Source of the DNA: the human T2T-CHM13v2.0 reference genome, Homo sapiens
Length of the DNA: 64,000 bases
Assembly (NCBI RefSeq): GCF_009914755.1
Contig: NC_060944.1
Strand: one strand, 5' to 3'
This document shows positions 1-14,040 of the stretch, piece after piece; within the stretch, counting starts at the first letter, position 1; each line of letters opens with the position of its first letter. The notes under the pieces were generated by a model, which saw only the letters and a program-made list of their open reading frames with translations, searched no databases and had not been told where the DNA came from. The position numbers were made by a program, and so were the translations under genes.

Positions 1-193
1 CTAAGTTTAGGGTTAGAACCAGAGCTAGGCTAGGTTTAGGGTTAAGTTTAGATTTAAGCTAGGATCTGGGTTAAATTGGGGATGAGATCTGGCATTAGGT
101 GAGGGTGAGATTTAAACCTAATGTTACGATTTGAGCTTAGGTTATATTAGGAACAGTGTCAAGACTAGGGTAAAGGTAAGGTGAGAGTTAGAG
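1..193 (+). repeat. Degenerate TTAGGG-like hexamer tract (possible ancient interstitial telomeric sequence), probably continuing upstream of the window
   Basis: Recurrent tttagggttag, ctagg, ttaggt, tgagggtgag, ctagggtaaagg and gagttagag, with rough 6-bp periodicity. Confidence 0.55.
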
Positions 194-253
194 TGTGATC
201 TTGACCAAATCACATTCTCTGAAATAGTTTCCTCTTCTCTAAAATGATGACAA
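194..253 (+). mobile_element. MIR core fragment
   Basis: tgtgatcttgaccaaatcacattctctg...tttcctcttctctaaaatg resembles the MIR core. Confidence 0.5.
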
Positions 254-1679
254 TGTCACAAGATCTTTGGGGTGTTGCTTCTCCAGCCAGAAACCTCTGT
301 GGCTGGTGGCACCTTTGCCTGAGTTTTGGTTGGAATTGCTGGGCTCATTCCACCAACTTGGCCTGGCAGGCTGAACTCAGCTCATACTACCAGCCCCGAT
401 TCCACACCTGCCAAGAATGAGCCAGGCATGGAGCAGTGAGGGGTGTGTGAGTGAGCAAGCATGGGGTCCAGCCACTGCGCAAAGCCAGGCTTGCCAGCTG
501 CAGTGGTGTGGGCAGCTCCAGGTGCTGGCATGGGTGCTGGCTCCCTGAGAGGCTATGGCTGGACCAGGCATACTGCTAGCATCTTCCACTGTGGGCATTG
601 GGAAACATGGTGGTGCCCAGAAGCTTGGAAACATTAAGGAACCACAGGGCCCCAAAGAGGGTGTCACAGCCCTAGCTCAGGAAGCTTCTAGGTCTGAGCT
701 CCTCAAAGGGCAACAGCTCTTCACTCCTTCTCTCTTATCTTCATCTCATTACCCACGATGTGGCAAGGAAGGGGGCATGTTTCAGCCCCGTTTGTGTTAC
801 AGCTCTTTCAGTTCCACCACTCAGTGGGTCTGCATCCAGGAAGAATGAGGTACCTGGACAACATGAGGGTGATCAAAGGAAAGAAGTGCTTTATTGAGCA
901 ACAGCACAGCTCTCACGAAACTGGAAGCGGGTAGCTCCTTTCCACAGGCAGGTTGTCCAGACATCTGCTGGAGTCTGGCTGAGTCCAAGGTTTTTATGGG
1001 CTTCAGAGAGGAGGAGGTGTGTGCTGATTGGTCCAGGGGTGACCATGGGTGGGCCTGGAAAGAGCACCAGAAATTCTCACTCCATCAGCAGAACTGCAGC
1101 CTGACCCCTAGGCTTCAGGCCATCCTGGGCCTGAAGGTGGGTCTTTCCTGGGGACCCACCCCTTTCTGCTCAGGGGCCTCTCTGCCTCCTGCTGCCATCA
1201 ACCTACAGTCCACAGCACCCAGGTGCCTGTAGGCCCATGCCAAGCTGCCCTTACCCCCCTGCTCAGCTTCCCTTCCATGCTCATTGGTGCCCAAAGTTCA
1301 GAGGGGGCCAAGGTGGCAGGGGGCTGGCATGTCAGAGCTGCCCCAAGCATGCATACACACAGCCGAGGTGCAACAACACCCAGGTTCAGTTTCAACTTTG
1401 CTTCATAATTGGAAGAGGCATTAGGAGCGGCAAGAGGCCAGGCAGGGGAGCAGGCACTTCCAAGCTGGCAGGGAAGGGGGGCTTCCGGACCCCCGAGAGT
1501 GCAAAGATTCCTGGATGTGCAGCTGCAACTGAGTGGCTGCAGCTGCGCCTAGAAGGGTGAGGCTCCTGCCTGATCCCAGCTCCTGCTGGCTCCATGGGGT
1601 GCACAGCCCTGGCCATGCCTTCCCCACTGCAAGTGGCGTCATGGCAGTGGCTGCTCCAGATAGGCCATCACTGACATCA
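254..1679 (-). mobile_element. MER52-family ERV1 solo LTR
   Basis: GC-rich 1.43-kb block bounded by tgtcacaagatctttggggtgt...ccagaaacctctgtggc and ctccagataggccatcactgacatca, matching MER52 termini in reverse; source of the overlapping ORFs at 377-1690. Confidence 0.8.
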
Positions 1680-2428
1680 ATGACATTCACCTTATAGTGC
1701 TCTTATGTGGAGAAAGTATTCTACTCCACAAGAAAGCTCTTAGAAAGCTCCAAATTACAATGAAAACTGATATTATTTTTTCAGTATTATTACATGTATA
1801 GATCAAAACTGTATTTGTCCAGAGCAAAGTTAGGTTTGACATAGTTTGGTTAAGGTGATGTGATTTTTTTAAATAAATATTATTGTTTATAGTCAATCCT
1901 AATTCATTCCAAAATAAGCATTCACTAAATGCTGCATGCTATATATATTGTGCTTACTGCTTTAAAGTGTTTGCAGGGAAATGTGTTTATATGACATTGT
2001 TCTTTCTCTAAAATAATTTCCCATCTCTAATGGTCAGACAAACCCATTCTGAAACTACAGTGAACATTTGAAGGTAATATGTGCATGTTTGTCTGTGTGT
2101 AATTTGTTTGACTGAGATTACCATTGGTAAAAATTTTAGCAGAGAAGCACATAAATGAGAGTGGTGTAGTCCTAGAAGGCTTTCCAGAACACAGATTTTA
2201 TCTGGGCTGAAAAACTGGCAAGCATTTACGAAGGCAATGGGAGATTACATATTGTTGCAAGAAAAGTGGAGCATAGGCTGTTAGGCAGAAATGACCATTT
2301 TATGCCTAGGGGTTGCTGAACAAACCTAGACTACAACCACAATGCATGTTGTATGTGCCACATACTAGTGGGGGAAATGTTTGCGTTATTGTGCTGCAAA
2401 CAAACAAGAAGGGGCCTTGAAAACCATG

Positions 2429-2853
2429 GGGTATAATTTGGATGTTTGTCCCCGCAAATATCATGTTGAAATGTAATCCCCAATGTTTGAGCTGGGGCCT
2501 GATGGGAGGTGATTGGATCATGAGTGTAGATTTCCCATGAATGGTTTAGCACCATCCTTTGGTGCTGTCTTTAGATAGTGAGGGAATTCTCATGAGATCT
2601 GGTTGTTTAAAAATGTGTGGCATCCCTGCTTCCTTTTCTCTCTTTCTCCCACTCTCACCGTGTGACGTACCCGCTCCCACTTTGCCTTCTGCCTTGAATA
2701 AAAGCTCCATGTGGCCTCCTAGGAAGTAGAGCAGGTGCTGGCACCATGCTTCCTGTACAGCCCATAGAACTGTGAACCAATTAAACCTCTTTTCTTTATA
2801 AATTACCCAGCCTAAGGTATTTCTTTATAGCAATGCAAGAATGGTCTAACACA
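2429..2853 (+). mobile_element. MSTB (ERVL-MaLR) solo LTR
   Basis: tttggatgtttgtcccc...tcatgttgaaatgtaatcccc...aattaaacctcttttctttataaattacccag...ctaacaca; near-TSD ccatg/ccagg. Confidence 0.85.
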
Positions 2854-5714
2854 CCAGGCAAAAGGTGGTAGACTAGGTGTCATGTAAAATATTCAGTGAC
2901 AAATGATTTCTCAGTACAGTGTTAACATATTTCAAATAAGTGGATTACACATAATTATTGTGGTCTGAGAAATGAGTAAGGATCTGAAGTTTGGGAAACC
3001 GAGGAAGAGAAGCCCAGCCAAATGCTTCTGTCAAGGTTGAAGTTATAAGTGTCTGAATTGGCTGATGGGACTTTAAATGGAAAGAGAAATGGCTAGAGGG
3101 ACATTTGATAGAAACAAATATCGAAATTTCCTGATTAATGAAATGGGAAATATGATGATAGGGAATAATGCAAGGTTGCCTTTTGATGTAGGCTGGGCAT
3201 GAGAAAGAACAGGGTAAGACCACTGACAAAGATGGACAATTTAGCTCGAATTTAGGAGAAGTACTTTAGCAGAAGTACTCGCCTAGATTTATCAATTTTA
3301 AGTATTCAGGACACAATTAATTAGATTTAGAGCTCAAACTATAAGAACACAAATTCAAATCCTTTTTGATGGTTCAGAAAACTCTTCAAGACCATGGATA
3401 CATACACTTCTTTTGCTCCCAGTCCACATTCAGATTAGACAAACTTTTAGAGCAAGAACTTTTTTCTTAATTACTGTGTGATACGTGTTTCTTCTTTACT
3501 CTGCATATGTGAGGTGGAATAACATGATGTTTACCTGTGTGTTCACTTGTATCTATAATGCTCACATAATCTTACACCCATTCCTTAGTATCAATCTGTG
3601 TGTTGAATGTGTGTGCAACTGTGTGTGACAAGAGGATAAACAGCCACAGATGTAGAGCATAAAAATAGAAGATGAATGTATTTCTATTTCCCTTGTATAT
3701 TACAGTGAATAGTAGTTAAGAGACATGACCTTTCCTTTTCTCTGAGTCCAAATTAAAAAGTCACTGGGGCCTTTCTCATGAAGCTACAACTTAAGAACCT
3801 CGCCCTATCCTGAATGTTGAGGTGTGGTATGACCAGCATGAGTTTAAACCACCTCCCTTTACTCTTAAGATTCTCAATTCAAGGAAAAAGCTAGAGGTTG
3901 GAACAATATTGTTCAGTCAACACCCTCTCAAACCCTGGTGAGGATGAAAGGGTCCATAGCTCCTTTTTCATTCTTCGTGACAGTTAAGCCCTTGCTTTTC
4001 TTTAATACAGATTTAACCTAGGGCCTGTTCTTTTTCAATGTGATCCACTTGGCCGCACCCATTTGGAAGAGCCTATTACTCTGGTCAGGGTTGGTTTGGC
4101 TTGCTACAAGCTCTTGCTGCATTCTTTTTTTAGAGCCTGCCAAATGTGGGACAATGGGTGTGCCTTGTTGACATCCTGTGGTTCATCAGATATGTGGGAT
4201 CATTCTGCAGTGCAACCTCTTTAGACGCTTACAGCTGTGCTAGGAGGTCCAAGTCAGCATGTCTGAGAGGAAGCCCAAACTCTGGTTCACATGAAGGGTC
4301 ATTTAACCAAAATGCTTGTGGGAAATGGGAACACGGGCATGCCTTCCTTTAATGAAATACACGGGGCCCTCTTCATACCTAGATTAGTGATTTGCTATTG
4401 CAAATATTTGCCTATCTCTCCAAACCATAGTTTATCCCAAAAAGATGACTATATTACGTAGGCATTTAGACACAAGAACCACACACAAGATGGATTTCCT
4501 GTCAGTTCGGATTTTTAAAGTCCATGTTCCATTTTTGATTTGCCACATGAAGACAAAAAGCTACTCTCAAGGATAAGTTGGGGATTCGGGGAATATTAGT
4601 GTGCAGTTAAAATGGATACTCCATGTGGGAAAGACCCAGAAGACATAATTTTGGACTGGAGAAGGCAAGGATCACCAGGAGTTTGTCACTCAAATATGTT
4701 ATCTAACAAACCCCCATCTTCTCCACAATTACAGGTTTAAGTTGATTAACAGTCTAATCTTATTAAGTGCAAATGCTCTCTCGGGTGGTTAGACTTCACT
4801 CACATTTCATTATGAAGTATTTCAATGAGATTTAAGCTTCTCTTTCTGAGAACCTGGGAGTCACAGGAAATTGGAGTGTTGAGGGAGAAGGTGAGGGGTA
4901 TGCTTCATTCCTAAATCTATTGCAGGGAGTATAATCATCATTAACATGAATGAATAAAAATAAAATCACAGTTTCTCTCTGATCAGGATGCACTGAATAT
5001 TTTTAACGTGAGAAATAGACTCTAACAGAAAGAGACAGAAAGAAATAGAGAGAGAGAGAGAAAGGTGTAAATCAAATGTGGCAAAAGTTGGTGCATTTCA
5101 CCACTTGTGCAACCTTTCTGTAGATTTAAAAGTTTTCAAAATAAATAATTATTTTAAATAATGAAATCTCACACCTGATGAGTTTATTTTGAAATCATCG
5201 ATGTTGTCAGCTAATGGTTGGTGCCATTAATACTCATTTTTCATTCAGCAAAAAGAATGGGAACAGTATTTATGGAGGTGAGGAAGATGATATTACAGAA
5301 CTAGGAGGTAAAATAAGAAGTATATTGGAACCAGAAATTGGGAGGTGGGAAGTAGGATAGGAGACTGAAAATGAAAATAAGATAGAAGAAAATAGAACAT
5401 TTCCACACTATCAATTTCACTAGAATTCCTACCTGTGAAATTTCTGCCATGGACTGAGGTGGACTGAACCTCAAATAGTAGATCCACCCTGGATTCTGAA
5501 GTTGAATTTCTCATCTTTCCTGATTTATTTTTTGTCTCATATTTCATTTCTTCAAGATAGATGATTGTTTTCTCCATTCAGCACTTGTTTCCCCAATTAA
5601 AAAGGAGAGAACCTTTGATTTGTCTCCCTTGCTTCTCTTCTTTCATCAATTCTGACCTGCAATTCTGAGAGTGCCTTATTTTAACATGATCAGTGAAGGT
5701 CATGAGCCACCTTT

Positions 5715-5870
5715 TTGAGCACCTGTGCTCAGCATCTTTCACACAATTACACTAATTTTCACAAAAGAGACAACGGAGGGTCAGAGAAGTTATATAATTC
5801 ATCCAACTTCATATATAATACATTCCAAAGCTGTGATCACAATCCATAGCGGTACCCTTCCAAAGCCCCC
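5715..5870 (-). mobile_element. MIR fragment
   Basis: ttgagcacctgtgctcagc...ttttcacaaaagagacaacggagggtcagagaagtt. Confidence 0.5.
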
Positions 5871-8800
5871 TGTTTTGAAGGTAAACACGACATTTTGGAG
5901 AAGTGGCTTAAAAGGAAAGGAAATCAAAGGGCTGCAAACACTCTATACTTAATTGTAAAGAAGATTTAAACTTTCTATTGAATTTCATGATAAAATTAAT
6001 GCCAATGCCTTGACAGAAATGAAAAGTAAATCTTTAAATTTAAGTAAAATACAGGTTGAAATGATTTTCATAGCTCTCCCACATTGATTTTTGTTGAATT
6101 AATAGACTTACCTCAGGATGGGACTTGGAGACGGATGACCCAATTCTGAGCTCTGGTCTTGGTCTGTGCCCTGGGAAAAGTCTCTTCAACTGTCTCCACC
6201 TTGATTCCCCTCTTTGTACAGTGGGCTTAGCAAGAAATTCCCATCTTTTCTTCTTCTCAGGAGCTACTGTGAGCACTGAGACAGTGACTGCAAGACACTT
6301 CCCCAATCTTCCTAAATAAAGGGCAGCCTACAATTGTTATTATTACTTGCGGCAAACATAAAAATTGGCAGTATTTTTGTACCATTTTCATGATACTCAC
6401 ATATTTTCTTCTTTATTTTTATAGCATAAAATATCAAAATCCTTAGAATTTCTCCTACGACTGTGGTTTCTTAATGTCATAATTTTAAAATCTGAACTTA
6501 ACTTCTTGTTCAGTTCAACTATTTCCAAATCACAGGTGATCATAGAAATTATTTACATATTAATCAACTTTCTAAGTGCTGATCTTCCTTTCTCACTACA
6601 GAACATAAAAATTAAAGAAAAAAAACTCTGATTCCTTTAACAGACTATCATTGGGCAAAATAGAGCAGCATTCCTTAGAATTTTGGATTTCATGGTTTAC
6701 TAATTTTATTTATAATAAAATGTGTGCATGTGTGTAATATTCTATTTGGCCAAGCACACTTGCATGCATGCATGCACACACACTCCACCAATCATCAACT
6801 ATCAAAGCCATTTTCTAAAAGAAAGGGCAATTTAACCTATAAACTATTCTCCGAATAAAAGAGGAAAGTTCTCAAAAATTAAAATAAATTTGATATCATG
6901 AAATATTGCTTAATCATTGTTTTTCTAATTTCACCACGGTCCATTGGAGACCTTTCTACACATGCTGGTTCATATATGAGCTATCAGAAGCCATTGAACT
7001 TGCAGACATATTAAGAGTGAACTGCCCCCTCCCAAATTAGGTATTTGACCACCATCCATCCAAAGGCTCTTAAACTGCCACTTTCTTAAACTGACACTTG
7101 GAGCCCTCCTTGCTTTCCTAAACAGGTCCATTTTTACCCTGGTGTGACTGTTTCCTTCCAGAGAAAATCCTGCTCAGTCCTGTCAGGTCCTGTCACAGGC
7201 TTTGTGACCATTTAGTAAGTAAATGTTGGTCTCAGTTCAGTTTCTCTTGTCCAAAATAAAGGAAGGAAACATGTCTTTCAGGGTTTTGACTTTATACTTG
7301 CTTTTGTGATGTCTTCGTTTTTATTCAATAAAACCGACAGGAGGTAATACCGATTCTGCTAAAGAAAAGACAATTTGTGGAAAAAGAAACATCTTTAAAA
7401 TACTCTTTCTTACTTTTATTTTTTTCATTTGGAAAGATAAGATTGATTTAAAAGATGAAAATATCTTATGTTGTCTTTTCTCTTACTGTTTCCTCATATA
7501 TTTTGGGAACACATTCTCTGAGAACCATGTAAAATATTTTTGAGATAAACACAATTATCCATCTAACTGGATTGTTTTTCCACAGCTAGAAATTCAAAAG
7601 AATAGATTAATTTGAGGATTAATTCAGTCTTTACTTGGGAAAAAAATTTAAAGAGGACGTCAAGTGTTTTTGGAAATTGAAATAAATTACCGGAATGAAA
7701 ATGTCCTTCAGTAGATATAAGATATTAAAAATATAAGAAATAAGAGAAGAGTTTTAAAAATACATATCACTCCCCCATTCCACACATCACCTTAGTCTTA
7801 CAAATTAACATTCTTCTGTATCTCTGAGTATGTTCAGAAAGATTCCACACTTGGACATTTCTTATCACATACATCCAGTCCTCAAGGTCATGTCCTGTAG
7901 CCATTCTTCTCTGTCTCTAAAGTAATTTGCAGAATTGGGTGTAGTCTAGTGTATGCTAATTCTTCATTATTTTCTATCCCAAAAGGTCAAAGCATAATAT
8001 GGAAATTCTTGAACTTGAAAGAGGCACTCAGCCTACATAACCAGCTCTGCCCAAATTAAAACATCCAAAAATACCATTTATTCCTACAACAGCAAGGGCT
8101 GATGGTAAACCCAGGGGAGTAAGAATATCCACTAACATGACTTTGAAATTGTTCTATCTCAGTGACTCCAACTTTCCCAGATTTCAACAAGATTCCTTCA
8201 GAATTAAAAAAGAAATGACTGTTTTACTCTACAACTTCAGCATCTGTAATCTGATAACTTCTCCTGTAATGAGATAAATTCTACAGAGGATTTCCTACTA
8301 TTTAACTAGACTGGCAAGTCAGAAAACTGGATTTTGTCCCTAGAAAATGATCGCAAATCTACATCTCCAGGTTTCCCCCATGTTTTACCATTTACTAGCA
8401 AGAATTTCCTCAATTCCTGAGAGGGTAAGATAAAATATGGGCACACAGAACAATCTAAGAAATATTAGAAAGCACCGTTAATATTATGCCAATATGAGGA
8501 AACTGGTCCATTTTTACAAAAGCTTGCAACTTGATGGGTACTGAGTGGCATGAGCTGTAGTCAAACATACATAGTCAATCACAGCTCCTCAATACCCTTG
8601 GTTTAAGGAGTCTCACTTCAGATAAGCAGTATGAATGAAATCCTTCTGAAGTAGGATCAAATTCTATGAATTTTCATATCAAAATGATGATAAATTATAA
8701 TAAATAATCATTTAGAAGTCTGGCAGTCTTATAGACACCTTCCAATAAAATATATTATTGGTTGAGGGCTTGGGGCATAATTGTAGAAGTTATCTGCATT

Positions 8801-9964
8801 TCTATTACCCAATAGACTATTCAAAGTTGATAAGCTTTGATACTGATTTTAAACAAATCTGACAATCTCACCTCTTTGAACAGGACTTGTTGGTATGAAT
8901 AAAGAAAAACATGCCCATTTATCAACTTTATAAACCTTCATATGTAAACAGAAGCAGGCTAACAATATCCACAAATAACAGACCATAATTTGCAGTGTAA
9001 ATAATCAATGGGCCCAGGATTTCCATCCAAAGCACACCACACAAGACCATGAGCCTATCTAAGTTCAGGCATCACGTCATTTATCTGGCACATCTAGCAA
9101 TATGATCAACATATAGCAGAAGCACTGTAAGTGTTAAACTATAAATTCTATAGAGACATGTCTGTCATATTGCCTATTATAGCAGAGGACCTAGCAGATA
9201 ATAAGATTTATTAAATCGATGTGATATAAATGTTTTAGTGGGTGAATGAATTGATGAATGGTTTGAATTAGGTAATTAGTGGACAAGAGCAGAGATGTTT
9301 CAGGAGGAGATAATGTCATAGAGGCAGTTGTTAGTAGGTTGAATACCATGCATGGTAGGTAGATTTACTCTTGGAGGCCATGGGAAGTCATTAAATATTC
9401 TTGAGGGAAAACAGAATTGGTGGAATTGTTATCTGAGAAATATTGCAGTGTTTTTTATATGTTGGATTGAGTAAGGAGAGAGTAAAGGGAGAAAGAGTCA
9501 AATATATCCATAAGCTTTAACACAAAAGAAGTGGAGAATGTCACCTTCCAAATATTTCTCATTTCTCTACCTCTCTCACTCTCCCTTCTACCTTCTACTA
9601 CACTATTTAAATATATTCATAGCTTAGGAGCTTTCTCCTCCACTCTATTCCATACCACTAGAATTATCTTTCTAAATTTTATTTTTTTAACTCATATAAC
9701 CAGAAATCTTCAACTGTTCTCCAGTTCCTAATACATCATGTTAAAACCTTCAGACTGGCATTGTAGGCTACAAACATAATACACTACAAAAGCTGTACAC
9801 TGGTGTTAGAAAAAGAGAAAGTTTAAATCCCTCAGGTTCAACCACTTACTAACTAGTTTCCTCAACCAAGTATCAAACTAGGCAGCTCCTAAGGACCTTT
9901 CTAATTTAGCATTTTATATTTTGTTTGACTTTGTCTTTGAGGGTGCTCTTTATGTAACCTAAAC

Positions 9965-10128
9965 CAGTGCCTCTCACACTTCACTGTACATATGAATTAC
10001 CTGGGAATCTTGTTAAAATTCAGATTCTGACTTAGTGGAACTAGAGTGGGGCTGGAAACCCTGCATTTGTAAGAAGCTTCCAGGTTGCTTTAATGATTCT
10101 GCTCCATGGATGATGCTTTGAGTAGCAA
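9965..10128. mobile_element. MER5-type hAT-Charlie MITE
   Basis: cagtgcctctcacactt...gaattacctgggaatcttgttaaaattcagattctg...ctgcatttgtaagaagcttccagg...ctttgagtagcaa. Confidence 0.75.
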
Positions 10129-11479
10129 TTCCCTATTTGTAGAAATTCATGTTGGTAAAACAGTATCTATTGTATCCTTTTAAACTTTGTTGAATCTGTT
10201 AGTAAACTTGGAATGTCCTCCTATCCATATTCACCTGTCAGAAACTATCCCATCTTTTCCCTAACCTATCTCATCACAGCTAAAACGCTGTCATCTCGAT
10301 AGAGTTCTTAATCCAATCCCTTACTCACAAAGGAAGCCATCTTGCTTTCCCTGACTTTCCATAGCTCTCTGTAGGTGTCTTTTAGCATCATGAAAACCTT
10401 GTGTTGTAGTTATTGCATATGTGTCTCTTGCCTCCCTCTAGGTCATAAGCCTCCTAGTAATGCAAACGATAGCTGCCACTTTTGACTAAAGTGTAGAAGG
10501 AAGAACATTCTAGGGAGAGGGGGGAGGGGACATGGTCACACTAGTAAGTGTCAGGGAAATTCAAACCTGGTACATTGGACTCCAACACATTTCCTTTTAT
10601 TACACTTGGCAGGCATTGTAATATGCATGGCTGTATCGTCAGAACACAACACCTGACACATTGCTGGATTTCCATCCTTGTTGACATTTGGCAATGGAGA
10701 CACATTAGAAGAAATGACAGTCTTATTTTTTGCATGCTTAACTTTAAAGTGTTGGAAGACAGCCCAGTAAAAACATTCTCCCTGCATCTGCAATTTGAGA
10801 GGTTAGGAGACATCCAGAATGAGTGGAGCTGGGAGTGGTCCATTTAGGACATAATCTGCTTTATTCCACCTACAGAGGTGCAAAATTCATCTATATCCCC
10901 TCAGTGGCTCAGGACATTTTTATTTCTTAAGACACAAGTATAGCAGTGCAATACATACAAACCTCCTTTTAAATTACTGGGTCCTGGCCTCATTATATTT
11001 GGCATATTATATAAAGACAAGAGGCCATTTGACATATATTTTAGTATAATGCCAGTTACATCTAAAATAATAAAACATTAATCAGGGCAGCATGATGTTT
11101 TACAAATCATGAAAAATATATTGCATCTTTACCCTATGATCTGTCTCTTTTGTCATATATTTTATTGCTTGGGATTTATAGGGCCATATCTCTACGTGGC
11201 TTATGCAACAACACACATCAATGTGTCTGCCTTCAATCATCAAAGGGCAAAAATTCAGGTCAGACATTAGTCATTTGCCAAGCTCATCTGGATTAATGAA
11301 AGTCTAGAGCTTGCAATCAGCATACAGAGAGAACAATGAAGGTATGTCTGTAAGTAATGTCAACTTACTCCTGAACTTGTAATACCCAGACTTATGCCTG
11401 CTTTGCTTTTAAATCAAAACATAATTGACTGTTGCGATACAAAGATTTTTTTCCACTGCAGCTGTTGTTCTAATAGCTA

Positions 11480-11558
11480 CCATAGCCCTACACAAACCAT
11501 AGCCCTACACTAACCATAGCCCTACACTAACCATAGCCCTACACTAACCATAGCCCTA
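11480..11558 (+). repeat. 17-bp minisatellite (CCATAGCCCTACACTAA), ~4.6 copies
   Basis: Units start at 11480, 11497, 11514, 11531 and 11548 (partial); one substitution in the first unit. Confidence 0.95.
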
Positions 11559-12941
11559 TTAATTTTCACAAAATAAGCAACAAACCTCTTCATATATCTG
11601 GCTCATTAATTTCTGATGGAAGTAGAGCTCCTTTGGGCAACTTTGAATGGAGTAAATAGACTCTTAAGTGGAAGTGAATGTTGTCATTTCTGTTGGTACT
11701 CTCCATACAACATATGGCCTGAAAAAATGAAAGCTTTTAAAGACCTGTGGGGAGACTTTCCAATGGAGTAAAATCATTGTACTCTGAAGCACTTTGCACT
11801 TTTTCCCAAAGCAAATAGTTTATAACATTTAATTCTCACATCCTGTGAACTCAGCAGAGTAGGTGACTCTATGTCTAATCAACAGCTGTGTAAACTCAGC
11901 CCCTATGATTTGCCCAAGATTAGAAAGATTGACACAACAAAACAGAAGTCCTGTGCTAGAATGGTGCCTTCTCCACTGTATAATCCTTTAAGACGATAAT
12001 ATGCCAGGAGGAAGTCAATAAATGGTAACTGAAAGATCCAGAATAAGCTCAAATGTTCCAGAAATAATTAAATGCTAATGAAGGACTAGAGTTTTCTTAG
12101 CTGGTGAGTTAATTGTTGAAATGAGTTAGTGAATAAGCATTTTCAAAATACTAATTGAAGACAAAGAAGAAGAAATTATCAGCATCATCAAATCCTACAA
12201 TGAGTGTCTAAAAATCTCAATTTATCTCTACAACTTTACTCAATGTCACAGAAGCTTCTAATAAGGGCTTGAGATGACAAAATACCTAGACTCTATAGTT
12301 AATAAAATTACATTCAGATCATGCTACTCTCCAAGTAAATCATTCTTTAAATGTTACCTCAAGTTATGGCCTCATTGGTGCTTTAAAAAACACAAGCAAT
12401 ATACAAGAGGTAATATATTAAACGACTTAAGAGAACAGATTTGTAGAATTGCTTTCTGGAAGGATATTTAAGCTTTCTAGGTATACAATTTATGATATTT
12501 AAAATGTGACTGGTATTAGTTTTAAACAAGTTAATGTACATAAAACTTACTTTTTGCCTGGAAGATAGTCAGTGCTCAATACATGTTAGCCAAACAGCCT
12601 TACTAGTATCTCTTACTCTATTCTATGTGCCTCTAGAACTGAATCAATGCTATCTATCCTATGACCCAATATTGAAAGAAGTGAACCAGATTTCAGTGGG
12701 TTCTTTCCTCCCTGCTTTGTCAGAAAATTGTTAGATAAGTGGCATTGAAGATCAGACAAAAGCCTCTTTGTGTGGCTTTTCTCCAGATAAAATGAGAAAT
12801 AGTATCCAATATAATCAGCAAGATAAATTAAAACTTGAATTGTCCCCAATGAAGGAAAGGTATCTTTCATAACTGCTCATTGTAAATAGTGGCATCCTGC
12901 AGGAATCCCTTTTAAATATTTACTCCCAGAATCAAGTTATT

Positions 12942-13035
12942 AAAAAAAGAAAAAGAAAGAGAGAGGAAAGGAGGGAAAACAGGAAAGGAAGGATGAGGCA
13001 AGGAAAGACAAAGAAAGAAAAGGAAAGAGAGAAAG
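12942..13035 (+). repeat. GA-rich low-complexity polypurine tract
   Basis: aaaagaaaaagaaagagagaggaaaggagggaaaacaggaaaggaagg... Confidence 0.8.
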
Positions 13036-13852
13036 TAAGTTTGAAAAATTAAATAGCATTCCATTAGCTACAAGATCAATGACTTTTCCAAGTAAAGGAA
13101 AGGATCTTGGACAAAGCCAGAAATCAAAACCAAAGCAAAACACAAACAACAATTTTGAAAGGGAAAATGTATTTATAACATATTAGTCTTTCAAACCTAT
13201 TTTGTCAGTTATTTTCCAGTGCCACTAATAAAGTAAGTGGTAACACAGGAAGAAAAACAATACTCTAGGGCCAACTATTTTTTCCTATCATGTAGTCAAG
13301 GCTTTTAGACACAGGAAGATTCTGTGTTCTGTGGAGAAGTTATAATACAATAGTGTTTGCAAGTGAGGTTCATCCCACTTTGGGGCAAAAGATAAGAAAA
13401 TGGGCACCTTGCTCATGACATGGAATTTCATTCTTGAATGACTTGGTTTGGAGACTCTGCCTTTTTGGGGTGATATTTGCACAGTTTGCTTCCTTTAGAG
13501 ATTTGACTCTTCAACATATTTTTGAAAACATTTCATGCCATTACAGAGTAGAAAAAGGAGAGAATGGAAATTTGAGCTAGAGCCGTGAATAATTTATCCT
13601 AAACTTCCAGGAGATTCCGATTATTTGATATCTTCTTCCTGAGCAAAGAATGCTCTTGTTAAGGAGGCTTGGTAAACTTATCATTCTCTTTCTAATGTCC
13701 TTTTGTGTAGGCTTTCATGGGAGGGATGCTGCAGACAGATAGACCGCAGGTTCTTTTAGACAAGAAATGGGAACTATAGCAGAATGTTTTCTAGGATTTG
13801 GCATATTGAAATAATTCTTGTGTGCGCTCTAAATCAGGATCCTTCAGTAACG

Positions 13853-13876
13853 GTGATGATGATGATGATGATGATG
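13853..13876 (+). repeat. (GAT)n microsatellite
   Basis: gtgatgatgatgatgatgatgatg, at the tail of an adjacent MIR. Confidence 0.9.
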
Positions 13877-13877
13877 C

Positions 13878-14040
13878 AATAATATTTACTAACTTTTTAT
13901 TTTGAGCCAAGTTTCATTGTCAGGGCTTTGCATGCAATATCTCATGTAAGCCTCACAAAAAGACCCATGATCTGTATTAACTTTATTGGATACCTGACTA
14001 AACTGAGCAAGGAATAATGATGCAGAACATGGTACAAGCC
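13878..14040 (-). mobile_element. MIR
   Basis: atatttact...gggctttgcatgcaatatctcatgtaagcctcacaaaaagaccc...aaactgagc. Confidence 0.6.

Noticed and set aside
377-1690. Dense overlapping ORFs on both strands
   Set aside because: Stop-poor GC-rich MER52 LTR; no recognisable protein.
6106-6113. Consensus splice donors (also ~22369 minus, ~45133 plus, ~62361 plus)
   Set aside because: A few such matches are expected by chance in 64 kb, and I could not link them to coding exons. A spliced lncRNA cannot be excluded without transcript data.
11480-11558. Possible CRISPR-like array
   Set aside because: Contiguous units with no spacers, in a primate genome.
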